Source: Oopsacas minuta
Taxonomy: Eukaryota > Animalia > Porifera
Assembly (NCBI GenBank): GCA_024704765.1
Contig: JAKMXF010000155.1
Span: forward strand, 186,001 to 250,000
Direction of reading: 5' to 3'
DNA: 64,000 nucleotides
A model generated the notes under the pieces. It saw only the letters and a program-made list of their open reading frames with translations. It did not search any database and was not told the DNA's origin. The position numbers and the translations under genes were made by a program. This document shows, in pieces, positions 1 through 12,783 of this stretch (position 1 is its first letter; each line of letters begins with the position of its first letter).

Positions 1-1317
1 TCTTTCGATTAATATTCTTCTCTGATCATACTCTATTAATCTATTAGCAGTGATTTGATATCTCTTACCAATAAAAAGAGGTAGATCGTGTAATTGTACC
101 CTACTATGTTTAGCTGACCAATACTATCCAATTATATAGTAATAGTGTTTCCAGTTTCCGTTCCCTTCAGATATTGCCCAAATCAGCAAAGCATTCATAT
201 GCTTTTTATATTTTGCTTGACTATTGAAAAGACTATCCCTACCGCAAGCGTGCTTTTAATCTCTGAAACCAACTTTTATAAATGCAAATTCAGCTGAAGT
301 ATAAAAGGGTCGACAAGGAAAGCAAAAGGTTATTCAGTGTGCTATCTACCATTGACAATGATTATTCATACCTAATGTAGTAGGAAATAGAAAATTCGGT
401 TGTATTAATTTTCATCTTTGCTTTTAGGTATGTATATCTTCTTCTAAAGTAGCTAATGAACTAAAGGATCGTTTCTAGGCATTGTGCAGGTGAATCTAGA
501 TGTTTCGTACTTTGAGAGATTTGAACCACAAGTGGAAGTCGAAGTTGAGGTTGAAACATTATCGATTCCCCCTCTCATCTTTTCTCTACCATTATCCCAA
601 AAGTCACTAATAGTACACTTTATTAGAGCTTACTAAAATAGCTATCCACAAAAATAGCATTTCAAACAAATGAGGTTCCCAAATTATTCAATGGCAATGA
701 GTAAAATATCTACGTGTGATTAAATAAGATTTTCTGAAATTATACATAATTCATAAACATACAAACAGATTCAAATTAAGGTTAAATTTTGAACTAAATT
801 ATTTGCCAGCGGACCAATGTTGCCCCTAGCCTCTCTACGCCCATGTATATGGGCTAGAAACCTGGCTGTCTCTCCCTGAAAAAGGCGGCAAATTATGTAA
901 GCAGACATTTACTAGCAGGCTCGTAGACACCTTCCAAAAGTGGGGGCTTATTTCATAGCTCCCTAGTTTGAGTTGGTCCAAAGCGGATCACCCCACCCTT
1001 CCCCTCTGGTCAGATATTCAGTACTAACTTCATAATTCAATTTCTATATATCATGATATCAGTCTACGTAACTTTATCCTGATCAGTGACCATATTTCCT
1101 GAACCATAGATAACTTCAAGAGTCCAGGCTGCTAAATCACCAGAAATCTATATCTTCGAATTAGACTAGCATTTTGAGAGATCTAACCCCATCTAAACCT
1201 TGTGTGAATTTCAAAGCAATCGGATAAGATTTGACTGTGCCACGTGAGTTTGCATTTTGGTCCAATCCATGGTCTTCAAGGCCGCTTAAAATTCTCGAAA
1301 TTGCTCCAAGGACTGTG

Positions 1318-1596
1318 GCATCAACAAATGGAAAGATATCAATGTGTTCTAAACAGTTATATGTAGCTAAGATATGCTTACATGCTTTGCTTGAACTTGA
1401 TTTTTCAAATTGGCAGCAGCCAGCCCAGAATTCTGTCCATAATTTCAACAATACCTCAGAAATACTCCACCCCTGGTATTAGAGGTGTTAGAGGAAATTG
1501 TGGGCCGAATTCTCGGCTGGCTGCTGCAAAATCGGAAATAGCATGCAAAGATATCTTACCTACATATAACCGTTTAGAAGACATTGATATCTCTAC
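1318..1596. repeat. Foldback palindrome of about 290 bp; right arm interrupted by a hAT MITE and resuming at about 5785-5797
   Basis: The reverse complement of 1330-1440 (TGGACAGAATTCTGGGCTGGCTGCTGC...ATATCTTAGCTACATATAACTGTTTAGAACACATTGATATCT) matches 1501-1594 (TGGGCCGAATTCTCGGCTGGCTGCTGC...ATATCTTACCTACATATAACCGTTTAGAAGACATTGATATCT). Pairing continues inward to a short loop near 1470. The outer end TGGCATCAACAAA pairs with TTTGTTGATACCA just after the hAT TSD. Confidence 0.65.
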
Positions 1597-1778
1597 CAGT
1601 GGTGTACCAAGGGGGAAGGGGGGATGCTCCGCCCCAGGTGCACTCAAAGGGTTGCCAACCTTGAATGAGAGAGATACATTATATTACATATTTTTGAGAT
1701 CCAAGACGATTTTACTGCGTTCCTATACATACCTGCTAGACTATGATACGTTTATCCAGCAAAATTTATTCATCGTAC

Positions 1779-4700
1779 CGTGACATACGTAATATAAGGC
1801 CTGACTTGATTTGCATTGAATATGATATGTTGAGATTAATACCATTGTATTTGACAATATTCGTACCAAATGGTAGATAGAAAGTAATCATTTTACACTA
1901 CAACAAAATTGTATAAATATAGAAATAAGAAATGCTAGGGAAACAAAGAGACTACCAACAGCAAAATTACTAATTATTATGATTTGAATTTGGTGTATTT
2001 GCGAGAGTTATGCGTGCTTACAGTTAGTGTCCTTTTTAACGAATTCATATTCTCACTTTGTTAGCTAGGATATAGTTGGTTGCTGAAAAAATAATCTTCT
2101 TTAAGATATTCCATCCTATTGTGTCACAAGTAGGGCATTTGTTTCTCCAAAACTCAGTTTCAGTTCTCTCGATTACATTTAATGTTAAGGAAACTAAGAT
2201 CTCCCGAGATGGACTTGTTTTAAAGAGATTGAAGAGACTATAATCCATTTCGATCCTGGAGTAGACCTTCCACAAAATTACAACTGCTTCAAGTACTGGA
2301 GCTGAAGGCCACTTAAGGCCTCCTCTGTCAATCGAACATATTAAACCATAGACGGGATCAGTCATATCTAATTCGAAAGTCTCTTCTTCAACAAGACTTG
2401 ACAAACACTGAGAGCAAATACTGCTCACTTCTTCCGTATCTCTTACGCCAGAAGAGTGAGTAATACCCTCGCTTAGAATAGAAAGCACTTTTGAAGATTG
2501 AATGACACAATAACCTGCAATAAAAGTTAAAGATTGAATGAGAGAAATATCAAGTACGATTGGTACCTCCTCTTCATTGAACACTCTGTTATAGGGGTCC
2601 AAATCGACTATATTGTCATCGCTAGATTCTTCGCAGATTGAAAATGACTTTAAAAAACCCTGTAATGAGATTGAGTTCTCACCGGGGTACTAGAGGAGAA
2701 CAACTTCAGAATTGCAGAAATCTTAATTAGTCGCTCACTTTGCAAAACATGGCAAATGTAACATTGTACTGGGATCCCCTCATCATTCGGCAAATCCCAA
2801 AGTGATGTTCGATCGAGTCGTTTTGAAGGAAAGAACTAAGAACATAGGCAAAACCACAGTTTTTGTAAGATGGTTGACTATCCCTTCAAGGACAATACAC
2901 GAATGGCGAAAACTGGTAAAGGTTTGTACAGTGAGTTTCCGTGCTTTTGGGGTAAAGTTCTCCATTCATCAAGCCATTTCACAAGATCTGAAAGAAATAT
3001 AAACCGAATGTCATTACTCTGTAGTGACATAGAAAGCTCGTCATTTAGACGGATCTCTTTATTAGGTCTATTAATGTTGAAGATCTTCCATACCTTACAA
3101 ACAAGGCTAATGAACTGAGCTGTTTCTGAAACTTGAACATATTTAGAAGCATGGACTGTTAAAACCGCAGTGGTTGAGTCGTCAAATAAGCGAAGTGCTA
3201 AATTGAGATTCTGTCTTTCAAGGCTAGATGGCCAGCAAATTTTGGCAGTTAATTGGTGGGCTGTTTTAGCGACAGACTTTTGCTCAAGTTTAAAGAGATT
3301 CCGAAAGTCTTGAAATGGTACCTTTAAAGTATATTTGCAAGATACGGATGAAGGACAGCTAAACTTGTGATTAGAATCGATTTGATTTATCCAATTATTT
3401 CTTACTGTTTTGATAATGTGGACAAAGTCGAAGATGAGATACAGAGGTCTACAAATGTCTAATGGGTGAAGAACACAGGTTTCAAGATTGGGAATAGGGG
3501 ATAGTAACTTAAACAGATTCGCATTCAGAGGGTATTTGAGCAGTTGAAGATTTGCGCAAGGTAGGAGTCGTACAACTGTAGACCATTTTTTGCATAAACT
3601 TGGTATCATAAATGCTAGAACTGTATTGGCTGCTTCGTTCTGTGTAGTTGAAGAGCCGAATATTCTCCCACCTGTGTAAGAAAACTCTGATTTGACATGT
3701 ATTTCATCCATATGTAATGTAACATTCCTTTCTTGGTTATTGATATTAGCAGTAGAAGCCTCCAAATATGTTTGCAACTCACACTCTAAGCCTATAGATC
3801 CATAAAGACTACGTAGAGTTGTTGAGTGAGGAAATATTAAACAATTCAAAGACTGTAAGTAGCTGTAGCAGGTAGAAGATATCAAATGAGATTTTAGACC
3901 TAGCACCATTGTAACAATATTGTACCGTTTTCGATTTTTAGGAATTAGCGTATCCTCAAGCTGGCCCAGTAGAGATTTTAACTGGGGTAACAATTCTGAA
4001 TATTTCTTTAGCATATCGTTTGAAGTTCCTATCTTCGAAATCATACTTTCAATGTTAGAAGTAGCTTGGCGAATACAGTTTTCTACAGGGTCCTTAGTGT
4101 TGGCAGAAACCTCGCTGAAGATGGTATCGATTTCTCGAATATCACTGAAATTGTGTATTGTGAGAGGAATTTGAATGTTTTGATAGAGCCTGTAGGTGTT
4201 AAGGAGTCATTAATTGAAGCATATGCTGGTATTTATATATGTTTGTCTTTTGGCAGCTTTAGCAAGTTAACAGAAGTGTCATCGGAAAACCATTTAACCA
4301 AGGAGAAGGTAGTTCAAATTCTTCGAGCTTACATTTTAGCTCTCCTAATGATTTGACACCGAACTTACTATCCTCAGCTTTATGAAGATCAAGGCTCTGT
4401 TCTAAGGCTTGAAAGAACAATTTACTCTCGATCTTCCCACGATCTAAACGTTCAGGCTTCGGGGATGGTGAGCTAAGATACTTGGGACAACTGGGAGGAA
4501 GACAAGGTATAGCGTCCTTATGTAGAATTGGTCGCCGAGAAATTTTTTGTAATGAGCCATCAGGTTGAGGCATATCCATTTCAGTGATGACATCTTCAGT
4601 ACGAAAGTGATTAGAACAAACAAATAAGCTTTTTAGATCTTCAATATCTTCCCTGTGCAGTGCGCGTAGCAATTTTTCTCTAAGTTCAGAGTTTGAGGGT

Positions 4701-5036
4701 AATCTGAATTCTGGTGTATATGGCTCCCCTGATTAATTACTCCGGCATCCAGGTGCAGAGCAAGTATTGAGCATCAAGGCTAATCAGTGATGAAACAGAA
4801 TTGCAGAATATGATAAAAATGTATAATCCTAAATAACGAAAGGCTTGGGGACATCATCTCCGACTAATTATATATATATACCTATATAAGAGAAGTGATT
4901 AAAACAGAATTTCAGCAATTCAGATTATGTCAATTTTTCATGTTGCATTTATGGGTGAATTACAAAATGCACTTTAAGTAACCCATGGTAGGAAATACTA
5001 TGCACAATAGTCAGGCCTTGTATTTCTTAGGTCACG
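1779..5036 (-). mobile_element. P-superfamily (THAP9-like) DNA transposon, full length, inactivated
   Basis: 27-bp TIR CGTGACATACGTAATATAAGGCCTGAC versus CGTGACCTAAGAAATACAAGGCCTGAC (23/27). 7-bp TSD ATCGTAC/ATCATAC (6/7). Encloses THAP and P-transposase frames. Confidence 0.85.
2045..4774 (-). pseudogene. THAP-domain P-element transposase pseudogene
   Basis: ATG at 4774 reads MLNTCSAPGCRSN*...LFVCSNHF (THAP zinc finger with an in-frame stop). Downstream: LHMDEIH, IFDFVHIIKTVRNNW, and frameshifted FQNDSIEHHFG near 2800. Split over ORFs 4259-4672, 2878-4044 and 2045-2602. Confidence 0.85.
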
Positions 5037-5093
5037 ATCATACCTACATTATATAACAATCAAAACATATGTTGGAAAATAAACATAGCACCA

Positions 5094-5668
5094 CAGGGTG
5101 GGACAAAATTAACGGCCCCGAACAATTAGCCTCGAATGTGAATAATATTTATGAGAGAGAAACAAAACTTTATAGTTATGGAGCTAAAATGGCGACAAGA
5201 CGAATACAAGCGATTATTATCGTAGGTTGTATGTCTAAGAGGATTAGAGCTTATGTTCTAGATGAACACCATAAAAATCCTTCCATTTTGGATTTTTAGT
5301 CAAATATCCCCATACATTCATCAGAACTATTTCTTCCGGAATGACTTGCACGGTCTTCGGACCCACTATTTAGGTTTATAACAATTTTCTCAGTCTGAAA
5401 TTTCTTAATCCAACCTTGAATTCTCGATTTCCAGGTCGCATTGTTAACATCGAATATTTATCAAAATTTTTCTGTAAATTTTCTTGAAGGAATGCGTTTC
5501 AATAATTCTCTGAACTCGCTAAGACTTCTACTGAATACTCTATTACTTCGTCTTTGGATTATCTAACATACCTTTACATAGAATAAATAGATTATTATTG
5601 CTTTGTTTGACTAATAGGTTCAAGTTGGCCTGAAATGTGCATGGGCCCGTTGTTTTTGGCCCACCCAG
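5094..5668 (-). mobile_element. Internally deleted Tc1/mariner derivative (rosa/maT-like ends)
   Basis: TIR CAGGGTGGGACAAAATTAACGGCCCC versus CTGGGTGGGCCAAAAACAACGGGCCC (21/26). TA on the right flank, CA on the left. Minus-strand remnant PGKSRIQGWIKKFQTEKIVINL...SGR resembles a mariner HTH segment. Confidence 0.55.
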
Positions 5669-6935
5669 TATATGTACAATATACTTACTTAGCTATTTTT
5701 GTATAACATACAGAAAAATGGGGAGTGCCAACTTCAGATTCTGCCTCGGGTACCAAAGGTGCTTGGTACGCCACTGATCTCTACATATGTTTGTTGATAC
5801 CAAATAGGGCAGAACTAAGGTCTTCATACGCCCTAGGTACTTTGGTTACCAAGTAGTAATAATTTTTTGCGAATGATAATCACAAATGTGCGATTATGAT
5901 TTTCAATCCCAGGATCCCTAGATCTTCCTCATAAATTTCATTCGTGATTGCATTCCGTATTAAGGACATAACCGGGTTTGAACATGAGGTCAAACCAAAT
6001 ATCGGGATTCAAATCCCTAGGTACTTATCGATTAATCATTTACTATTTTATAATGATTTTTATTTTATTTTCTCAATCCCTTTTAATTACCTGAAAATAT
6101 CTGATAGTTACCGAGGAAGAAATCATTAATCTGGACATGCCTAAAGAAAGAAAAGAGGAGCCAAAGAAGATGCGATACGAAAACAGGAGGGCTCATTTTT
6201 AAAATTCACTACAAAGAATGTCACAAATGGCGACTTACTGGCTCAACCAGTATTTGACTGAAGTTGAACATTTCCAGGAATTTGTCCACAAGATACCGGT
6301 ATTTCTGTCGATGGAGCAACTTTTCAACACGAAGGTGGTGATGAATTTGAGATTGCTCAAACTGTAGCACCCGACTATTATAACATGCAGTGCCATAGCA
6401 CTGATCCTGTTGAATGGGACGTGAATGTAAATATTATGAAATACTATATTCCGTCGCAAAAACCTAGATGCAGACCTTTCGAAAAGTGGCCGTCAGTGGT
6501 GATATAAACGCTATGTTCAAAAAGAGTACTTTAGCAGACACCTGAAAATGGTGATATTGTTACGCCTGACTAGTTGATCTATTCTCCATCAACTGGAAAA
6601 CTGTTTTGTTATGGTGCAAGCGATTTTCTAGTGACGGGTAAATTAATTAATTTATAACTGGATTTGATGATGGAGAAATTCAATTGTAAGATTAGCTCGC
6701 AGGGTTTCATACAGAGGGGGGGGGGGCCCTGGAACCTTCCCCACCCAGGCACAATTATCCCCCCCAGAAATCTTGAATTTGAGTAGGTTATTATTGTTTG
6801 TCGTGTATTAAACAATAATATTGAACGTGTGACATTACAACAAAGATGCTATGTGTGATACTTCAATATATACTAATTATGATCACAAAAATAGGGAGAT
6901 TAAAATATTGCTATCACTAATAATTATATGCTAAA

Positions 6936-9241
6936 CTATAACTGTATTCGACGATTTTTCTCTTTAAATACTTTAAGAACTTCATCAAAGTTAACCGAGG
7001 ATAGTTCTGGCCCTTCAATTGCGATCCTCATTAAATGAGCCAAATTAGCATCATTAAGTCTATTTCGAAGTCTTGTTTTAATTTGCTTCATGTGGCTGAA
7101 AGATCTCTCAACTGAAGCTGTTCCTACTGGAAGAACAAGAATTATGTTGAGTAACTTGAATATCTCTGGAAATATTCCAGTGTAAGCTCAGATGACTCCA
7201 TGTGAACTTTGACATCCTGTAGGCTTGGTGTCTTGGTAGTCTCATTTTTTTCCCCTGATCAACCTTGATTCTTGAATCAATGCTCGCTTGAACAAGCGCC
7301 ATTCAATAGCAATTTCATCTTTGTCAATAAGTGGCGGAGAAGAGAAAGTTACACCATTATGGACAACTATAGCTTCATTACCATAAAATTGGGCCAGAAC
7401 TTCCACTTCTCTTTTACCATAATCTGGTGAAGCTGCTTCTTCTGAAAGAAGAGATGCTGGATTGAAAACAGAGGATGATACAAGGAGATCTACCGCTTCA
7501 CCCGAGAATCGGTTGCCGATGTTGTGTAGTAAAGCATCGACATAAGGAAGAGCAACCTTGTCACGATAATCAGTTAAAGATCCAACACTAGCACCATCCA
7601 CAAAGCTACGAGCTGAGCGACTCATTGTAATCATGATTCCATGATCGATCTCTAGCTGGTCAACCTGAGTGAGCATTCTAGAACACCAGTCGGCTTTTTC
7701 TTCCTGAGTTCCTCTAGCGCTTTTATAATGCTTTTAAGAATTAAAGGTAGCCTACCAAAGTCCGCAGTCTGTCTCTGCATGTAGCAATTAAACCTAGCAA
7801 GGAGATCAAGTACTTCTGATAAAAGAAAAATACTAGCTACTCCGGATATGGAGCTCAAGATAAGAGAAATTCCATATGCTTCTGCATCTCCTGACGTCTG
7901 GTAGAGCTGCTGGAGAGTGATAATAAGAGCAGGAGGATCTTTACGGATTGCACTTAGACACCGCTCATGGGACAACCACCTCGTACTGCTTGGCTTTACT
8001 ACCTTCAGCTCAGGTAAATTTAGAACTGACTGAACGACCTTGAGAGCTTCTGCTTTCTTTGGCGAATAGTAGAATAGTTTCCACAGGCTGGTCATTGTGC
8101 TAAACATTTTGTTGATTACAGTGATGGACTCAGCAGCTTGAATAGATGCCAGCTGAAGTCGGTGGCATGCACAGTGTATGTAGACTGCATGTGCTGAGTG
8201 TGTCCTAATCCTTCTTTGGACACCATTTGTACAACCAGAGAAAGTTGCTGCCCCATCGTAGCCTTGCCCAACTAAACGTCTATAGTCGAGATTGTTCACC
8301 TCAATGAAAGTTGTGAGAGCTTGTGTGATTGATGCAGCATCTACATCCTTGACATGGAGTATATCTACAAAGTGTTCTTCTGGATAGCCATCCACAATCC
8401 ACCTGCAACAGATTGATAGCTCTTCCTGTGTGGAAATATCCTGACACTCATCTGCTAATATAGAAAAACACGGGCTTGACCTTAGACTCTGTATTTGCTT
8501 TCTTTCAGGCCACGTGTCAAGAGCGCCCAGAAGCATAACTGCACTGAATTTTGAGGTGTACTGAGCATTGGAGGCACCATGAGTGAGGTGCTCTTCTAGC
8601 AATGCATCTCCATTGGCAACGCAAGGCAATTAAATTTGGGTAAACAGTGGTGTGAGGAATTTTGTTTTTTGCTAGGAAATAGATTGACCTCATTAACTTA
8701 AGCACGATGCTGCGATTCCTCTCTGCTCTGCATGCAGCCTCTTTTGCAGCAGCAGAACACTGCAGCTCAAGTACTGATTTCCCGCACTCCACCTGCTTTG
8801 ACATACCAGCAGTGACTGCTGCATCCCTATGACACCGTGACTCTCCGTGTGCTCTCAATAGTTCAGTAGCATGACTCCAGTCAGTAACTCCCCTGCTTGT
8901 CCAAGCGCCCCTTGATCCTGCAGATGGATTGCCCCACTTCTGGCAGATGGTACAGAACACACCTTTTCTAGGATCTTCGCAAATTACCCAGGGATAGATT
9001 TTTTCCACTCATTTTTATATGAAAGATTAGCCTTATATTACTTTCTCTGCTCGCTAGATGACATATGATACTTTTTCGAATGAGGTGGCGTTGGATCATG
9101 CCTGGTAACTTCTGGATTTTGAGAGGAGGATGGCAAACATCTTTCACTTGTTATCTGTGAAAGCTCTTCAGATGTACATTCATCCATGTCTTGTAGGTTA
9201 TTGTTCGACCGCTTTCCAGAAATGAATCGCCTGATATCCAT
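6936..9241 (-). pseudogene. hAT transposase pseudogene (TTF-type zinc finger, DUF4371-like region, C-terminal dimerisation domain)
   Basis: YPWVICEDPRKGVFCTICQKW; SILADECQDISTQEELSIC; GQGYDGAATFSG; YIHCACHRLQLA; KPSSTRWLS; C-terminal HMKQIKTRLRNRLNDANL. Several frameshifts and stops. Confidence 0.85.
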
Positions 9242-9250
9242 ACTACAATA

Positions 9251-10585
9251 CAGGGTGTTTCACAATTGATGTCGTATTTTCTAAATTTGTTTATTATGCA
9301 CCCATGCAATAATATCTGTGTATTTAAACTTGCAATCGTAATTTATCTTACAGGGTACTATTGAGTAATTATTTCATTCATCAATCGAAACATTTTATAG
9401 CTTCTATTTCCATATCCAAATTGGGCTAATTATTTGCATAATATAATGGTGAAAGAATACAGTATCATGATTCGCTCACAGGCTGTTGGCATGCTACAAG
9501 CTGGCTCTTCTCAGAAGTTTGTGTCTCTTAAACTTGGAGTTAATATCCGTACAGTTCTGCGTTGGTGGCGACTTTTCAAGAATGATTTGACATTAGAAAA
9601 CAAAGGGGACGTGGCCGTAAATCGTCCATATCGAAAGTTGCCAAGATTGTAATTACTAAATCAATTGGTAAAAAACGACAGTCTGTACGTGGTTTATCCA
9701 AGAAATTAAAGTTGAAAGGTCATTCCGTATCTCAGAGTACAGTGTACCGTTATTTGACAAAAGAAAAGGGCGTAAAATCTTACAAACGCCAGCGGCAGCC
9801 GTTAATAACAGAGAAAAACATGGCTGCTAGGTTAAAATTTTGTAAAGAACGTGTCAATTGGACAGCAAATGATTGGAAAAACATATTATTTACAGATGAA
9901 TCACCGTTTGAGTTAAATCATCCCCCAAACAGGAAAAATGATTGTGTTTGGGCGAGAAACGTATTGGATGTCGAGCCCGTTCAGATGGTGAAATTTCCAA
10001 AGAAAATTCAAGTATGGGGTATGGTGTCACATCGTGCACTGTCGGAGTTACATTTCATTCCCGTTGGACAAACTGTATCAGCAGAGTACTATGTTAGTGA
10101 GATACTGGGTAAAACTTTAATGTCTACAATGAACAGAAAGCGAGAAAGAGGCACAGTTGTTGAGAGGAAAATGTTAAAAAATATGTCCTGTGCGATATTT
10201 CAACAAGATGGCGCTCCAGCTCACACGGCAAACATGACACAAAATTGGTTGAGAAGTAACCTAAAGAGTTTTTGGGCGAAAGGTACCTGGCCAGCCAACT
10301 CTCCAGACTTGAGTCCCATTGAGAACATATGGTCGATTTTGAAAGATGATCTAGATTCAATAGGTGAGATAAAAGACATAAAAATGTTGGAAAATCGACT
10401 GAAAACAGCATGGTCCAATATTTCACCAGAGGTTTTGGACAAATTGATGGATGGAATGCCAAAACGAATCCATAAGTGTATTGAACTTAGTGGTGGATAT
10501 ATTGGCAAATAATTGTAGTAATATATCTAGTATTCTATTAGTTATGTAATATTGTATAACACGACATCAATTGTGAAACACCCTG
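9251..10585 (+). mobile_element. Tc1/mariner DD37E transposon, copy 1 (1335 bp, near-intact)
   Basis: Perfect 25-bp TIR CAGGGTGTTTCACAATTGATGTCGT; TA on both flanks. Confidence 0.95.
9446..10512 (+). pseudogene. DD37E transposase with a single 1-nt deletion near 9605 (355 aa if repaired)
   Basis: MVKEYSIMIRSQAVGMLQAG (paired-like HTH) shifts frame at AAAGGGGACGT into GRGRKSSIS. Then LFTDESPF, IFQQDGAPAH and WPANSPDLSPIEN; 37 residues counted between the second D and E. Confidence 0.9.
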
Positions 10586-11020
10586 TAGTATACTTCTAAG
10601 TTATTAAATATTGAAATAAGTTGGTAAAATAATATTTTGGTAGGTGGTACTATTGATTTTAGGGCTGAAACGCATATTCGATATTCGTTCGTTTGGGTGT
10701 GTTAGCATTATTAACCTGAATTTTCACAATTTAAGAAGAAAAACAAAAACTGATGAAAAAAAATAAATGAAATCCTATGTAATTATAATAACAAACAAAT
10801 ATTCAAATTTCACAAGCTATTAAAAGAAACTTAAAAGATTGTGATTCTCTAAAAGGTAGTAAATGACTTTTGAAATCTCTCGGTGTAACCCTTGAAAATA
10901 TCTAGTGTACACTGTACCCCTAGGGGGTACGCGGCAGACCTATTCTTTCGCAAACTACTGTTTTCCAGTCGCAATTTTTTTCTCCCCCCCCCCCAAATCA
11001 AAATCCTGTATGAAACCCTG

Positions 11021-11059
11021 GGGGGCTGAACCCATCCTGGCCCATCCTGGCTACGGCCT
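11021..11059. mobile_element. Orphan hAT-like terminus abutting the 6700-11020 element
   Basis: GGGGGCTGAACCCATCCTGGCCCATCCTGGCTACGGCCT resembles a hAT right end (reverse complement AGGCCGTAGCCAGG). No partner end found. Confidence 0.3.
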
Positions 11060-12783
11060 CATATTTGGAGATGGGATAAGTTGTGATGCATGTGGAAATG
11101 TTGCAGCCCTGTTTAATAATATAATTATACGAGTAGACCTCCACCCTCCGGGAGGATATCTGTAAGTTCTTGGGAAATGCTTTATGAGGCCTTTGGCCCT
11201 CATGTTTGTTTTGGAAGTTTGTGGACGCTTCGCGTCCGCTTGAATGGATACCTCAGTGAACAAACAACAAACCAATCACATTACTATGTTGCAATAGTTT
11301 GTGTAATTCCCATTGGTGGATATTTAAAGTTCTGAAATTGTCGATTATGAGGTTTGCAAACGTTGAGAGAATGGACGCGGAGCTCTGCTAGTTTATTAAT
11401 AAATACTTAAGAAATTTAATAGGCATTTAGTAATTGGCCAATAAAACTATCAGCTATATTATGCAATAATATTATGGCATCAGGATCCGCTTAGTTTCAA
11501 TTCAATTTCCAATGCACCCGTTCTAATTAAGGTATATGGAAAGATCAAGAAAAATATACATGGTTAAATATTTATCCCATTGGGATAAAATAATTTCCAC
11601 TATATTGTGGTTGTAGAAGTTAACTATTGCGCAATATATAATTAACAAACATAGTTAGAAATGTACTAAATTGGCATTTGAAAATTAACCTGTCTATCCC
11701 AATCAGTTGAGGTCCTAGGGGGGAGGCAACTGAGGCAATAACCCCGGATTCAGAAACTTCTGCATGTGCCCGTGCTTCATAATTGTAGGAATCCATTGCC
11801 TTGGGGCTACCCCTGGATTTTTCCCCGTATTAAATTAAACCATTAAATTTAGTTAATCTCTACGTAGGGTTAGATTTCAATTTTTAGAATAATTGAACTA
11901 GTCAAGACGCGAACTAGGAAGCCACATTCTTATCCTTGTTCCATGACAGTTCCGTAACATAGTTCCGTTTTGAGTATCGGTATCGAATTCTACGCCATTC
12001 TTTACCCCAAAATAGCCAGTGGAATCTAATCTTTAGGACAATTTTGAAATATTGCCTAAAAGGTATAATAATGTGATTAATCATATGTTAAATAAGTGAA
12101 TTGTGTATAAACACTAAAAAAAATGTAGTGACCAATAGAATTGCTGTCTCATACTATACAAATATATTACGGTGGTAATATGGTGACATGAACTCCACTG
12201 GTCTCTACCAGAACTAATTTTATGCATTTATTCCTAACTGCAAAACCCTAGAATCTGGTTGGGCGAAAATACAGAGGTGTCAAAAGGTATGAAATATATA
12301 CATTAGAAATCTTTCAAATGTCAGGTACACAACTAGATATCACTACGAGTAACATACCAAATTTGGTGTCTTAATCTCTAAGTTGTGAATAGCAGAGCGA
12401 AAAATATATGTATATATATATATATATAAGCATAGTCTCTGAATAAAGGTCACGCTGGGGACATCGCTTCTGTCGATTTGGAAGTTGTCCGATTCTCGGA
12501 GACTGCTTAAGTATTATATATATATGATGCTAATTCATTCCGTTCCAGGAGAATTATCCATTGTAGAGGGATTGTCCGCTTCTCGGAGTGTCCGTTTTAG
12601 GAGATTCCTCTGTATATTTATATGTTACAGTAAGATATTGAAATCAGTGATTTTGCGAAATCGCTGAACGTTTTAGGAAATTCAAGTAATTACAAATTCA
12701 CCCAGATAGTTTACGAATTTACTGAAATAATTCGGCAATTCACGAAACTCTTAATGTATATTCCTAGTTATTTCATTAATTTA

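Larger units (their letters stand above)
1597..5776. mobile_element. Non-autonomous hAT-type element (about 340 bp of own sequence) hosting a P element and a mariner derivative
   Basis: TIR CAGTGGTGTACCAAG versus CAGTGGCGTACCAAG (14/15). Perfect 8-bp TSD ATCTCTAC at 1589-1596 and 5777-5784. Confidence 0.85.
6700..11020 (-). mobile_element. hAT transposon (ZNF862/ZMYM1-like transposase) with a nested DD37E element
   Basis: Perfect 15-bp TIR CAGGGTTTCATACAG at 6700-6714 and 11006-11020, with G/C-run subterminal tracts. No TSD visible (TTAGCTCG versus GGGGGCTG). Confidence 0.8.

Noticed and set aside
1161-1783. ORFs 1161-1451, 1382-1783 and 1456-1647 sharing an ACK.IL.TYN.LE.IDI peptide, suggesting a gene family
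   Set aside because: The similarity arises from reading the two arms of the foldback palindrome, and the longer ORF runs into a hAT terminus.
9595-9615. Programmed -1 frameshift between HTH and DDE frames, as in IS630 elements
   Set aside because: No canonical slippery heptamer in frame, and the other two DD37E copies are in frame here or broken at different positions, so this is a random deletion.
10124-10508. Antisense ORFs over transposases (also 21686-21970, 32120-32668, 33041-33223, 61449-61757, 60888-61070)
   Set aside because: Shadow frames of the transposase codons with no independent motifs.
12407-12427. (TA)n microsatellites (also near 4870, 41465, 54033)
   Set aside because: Short and ordinary for AT-rich DNA; relevant only as Ginger target sites.
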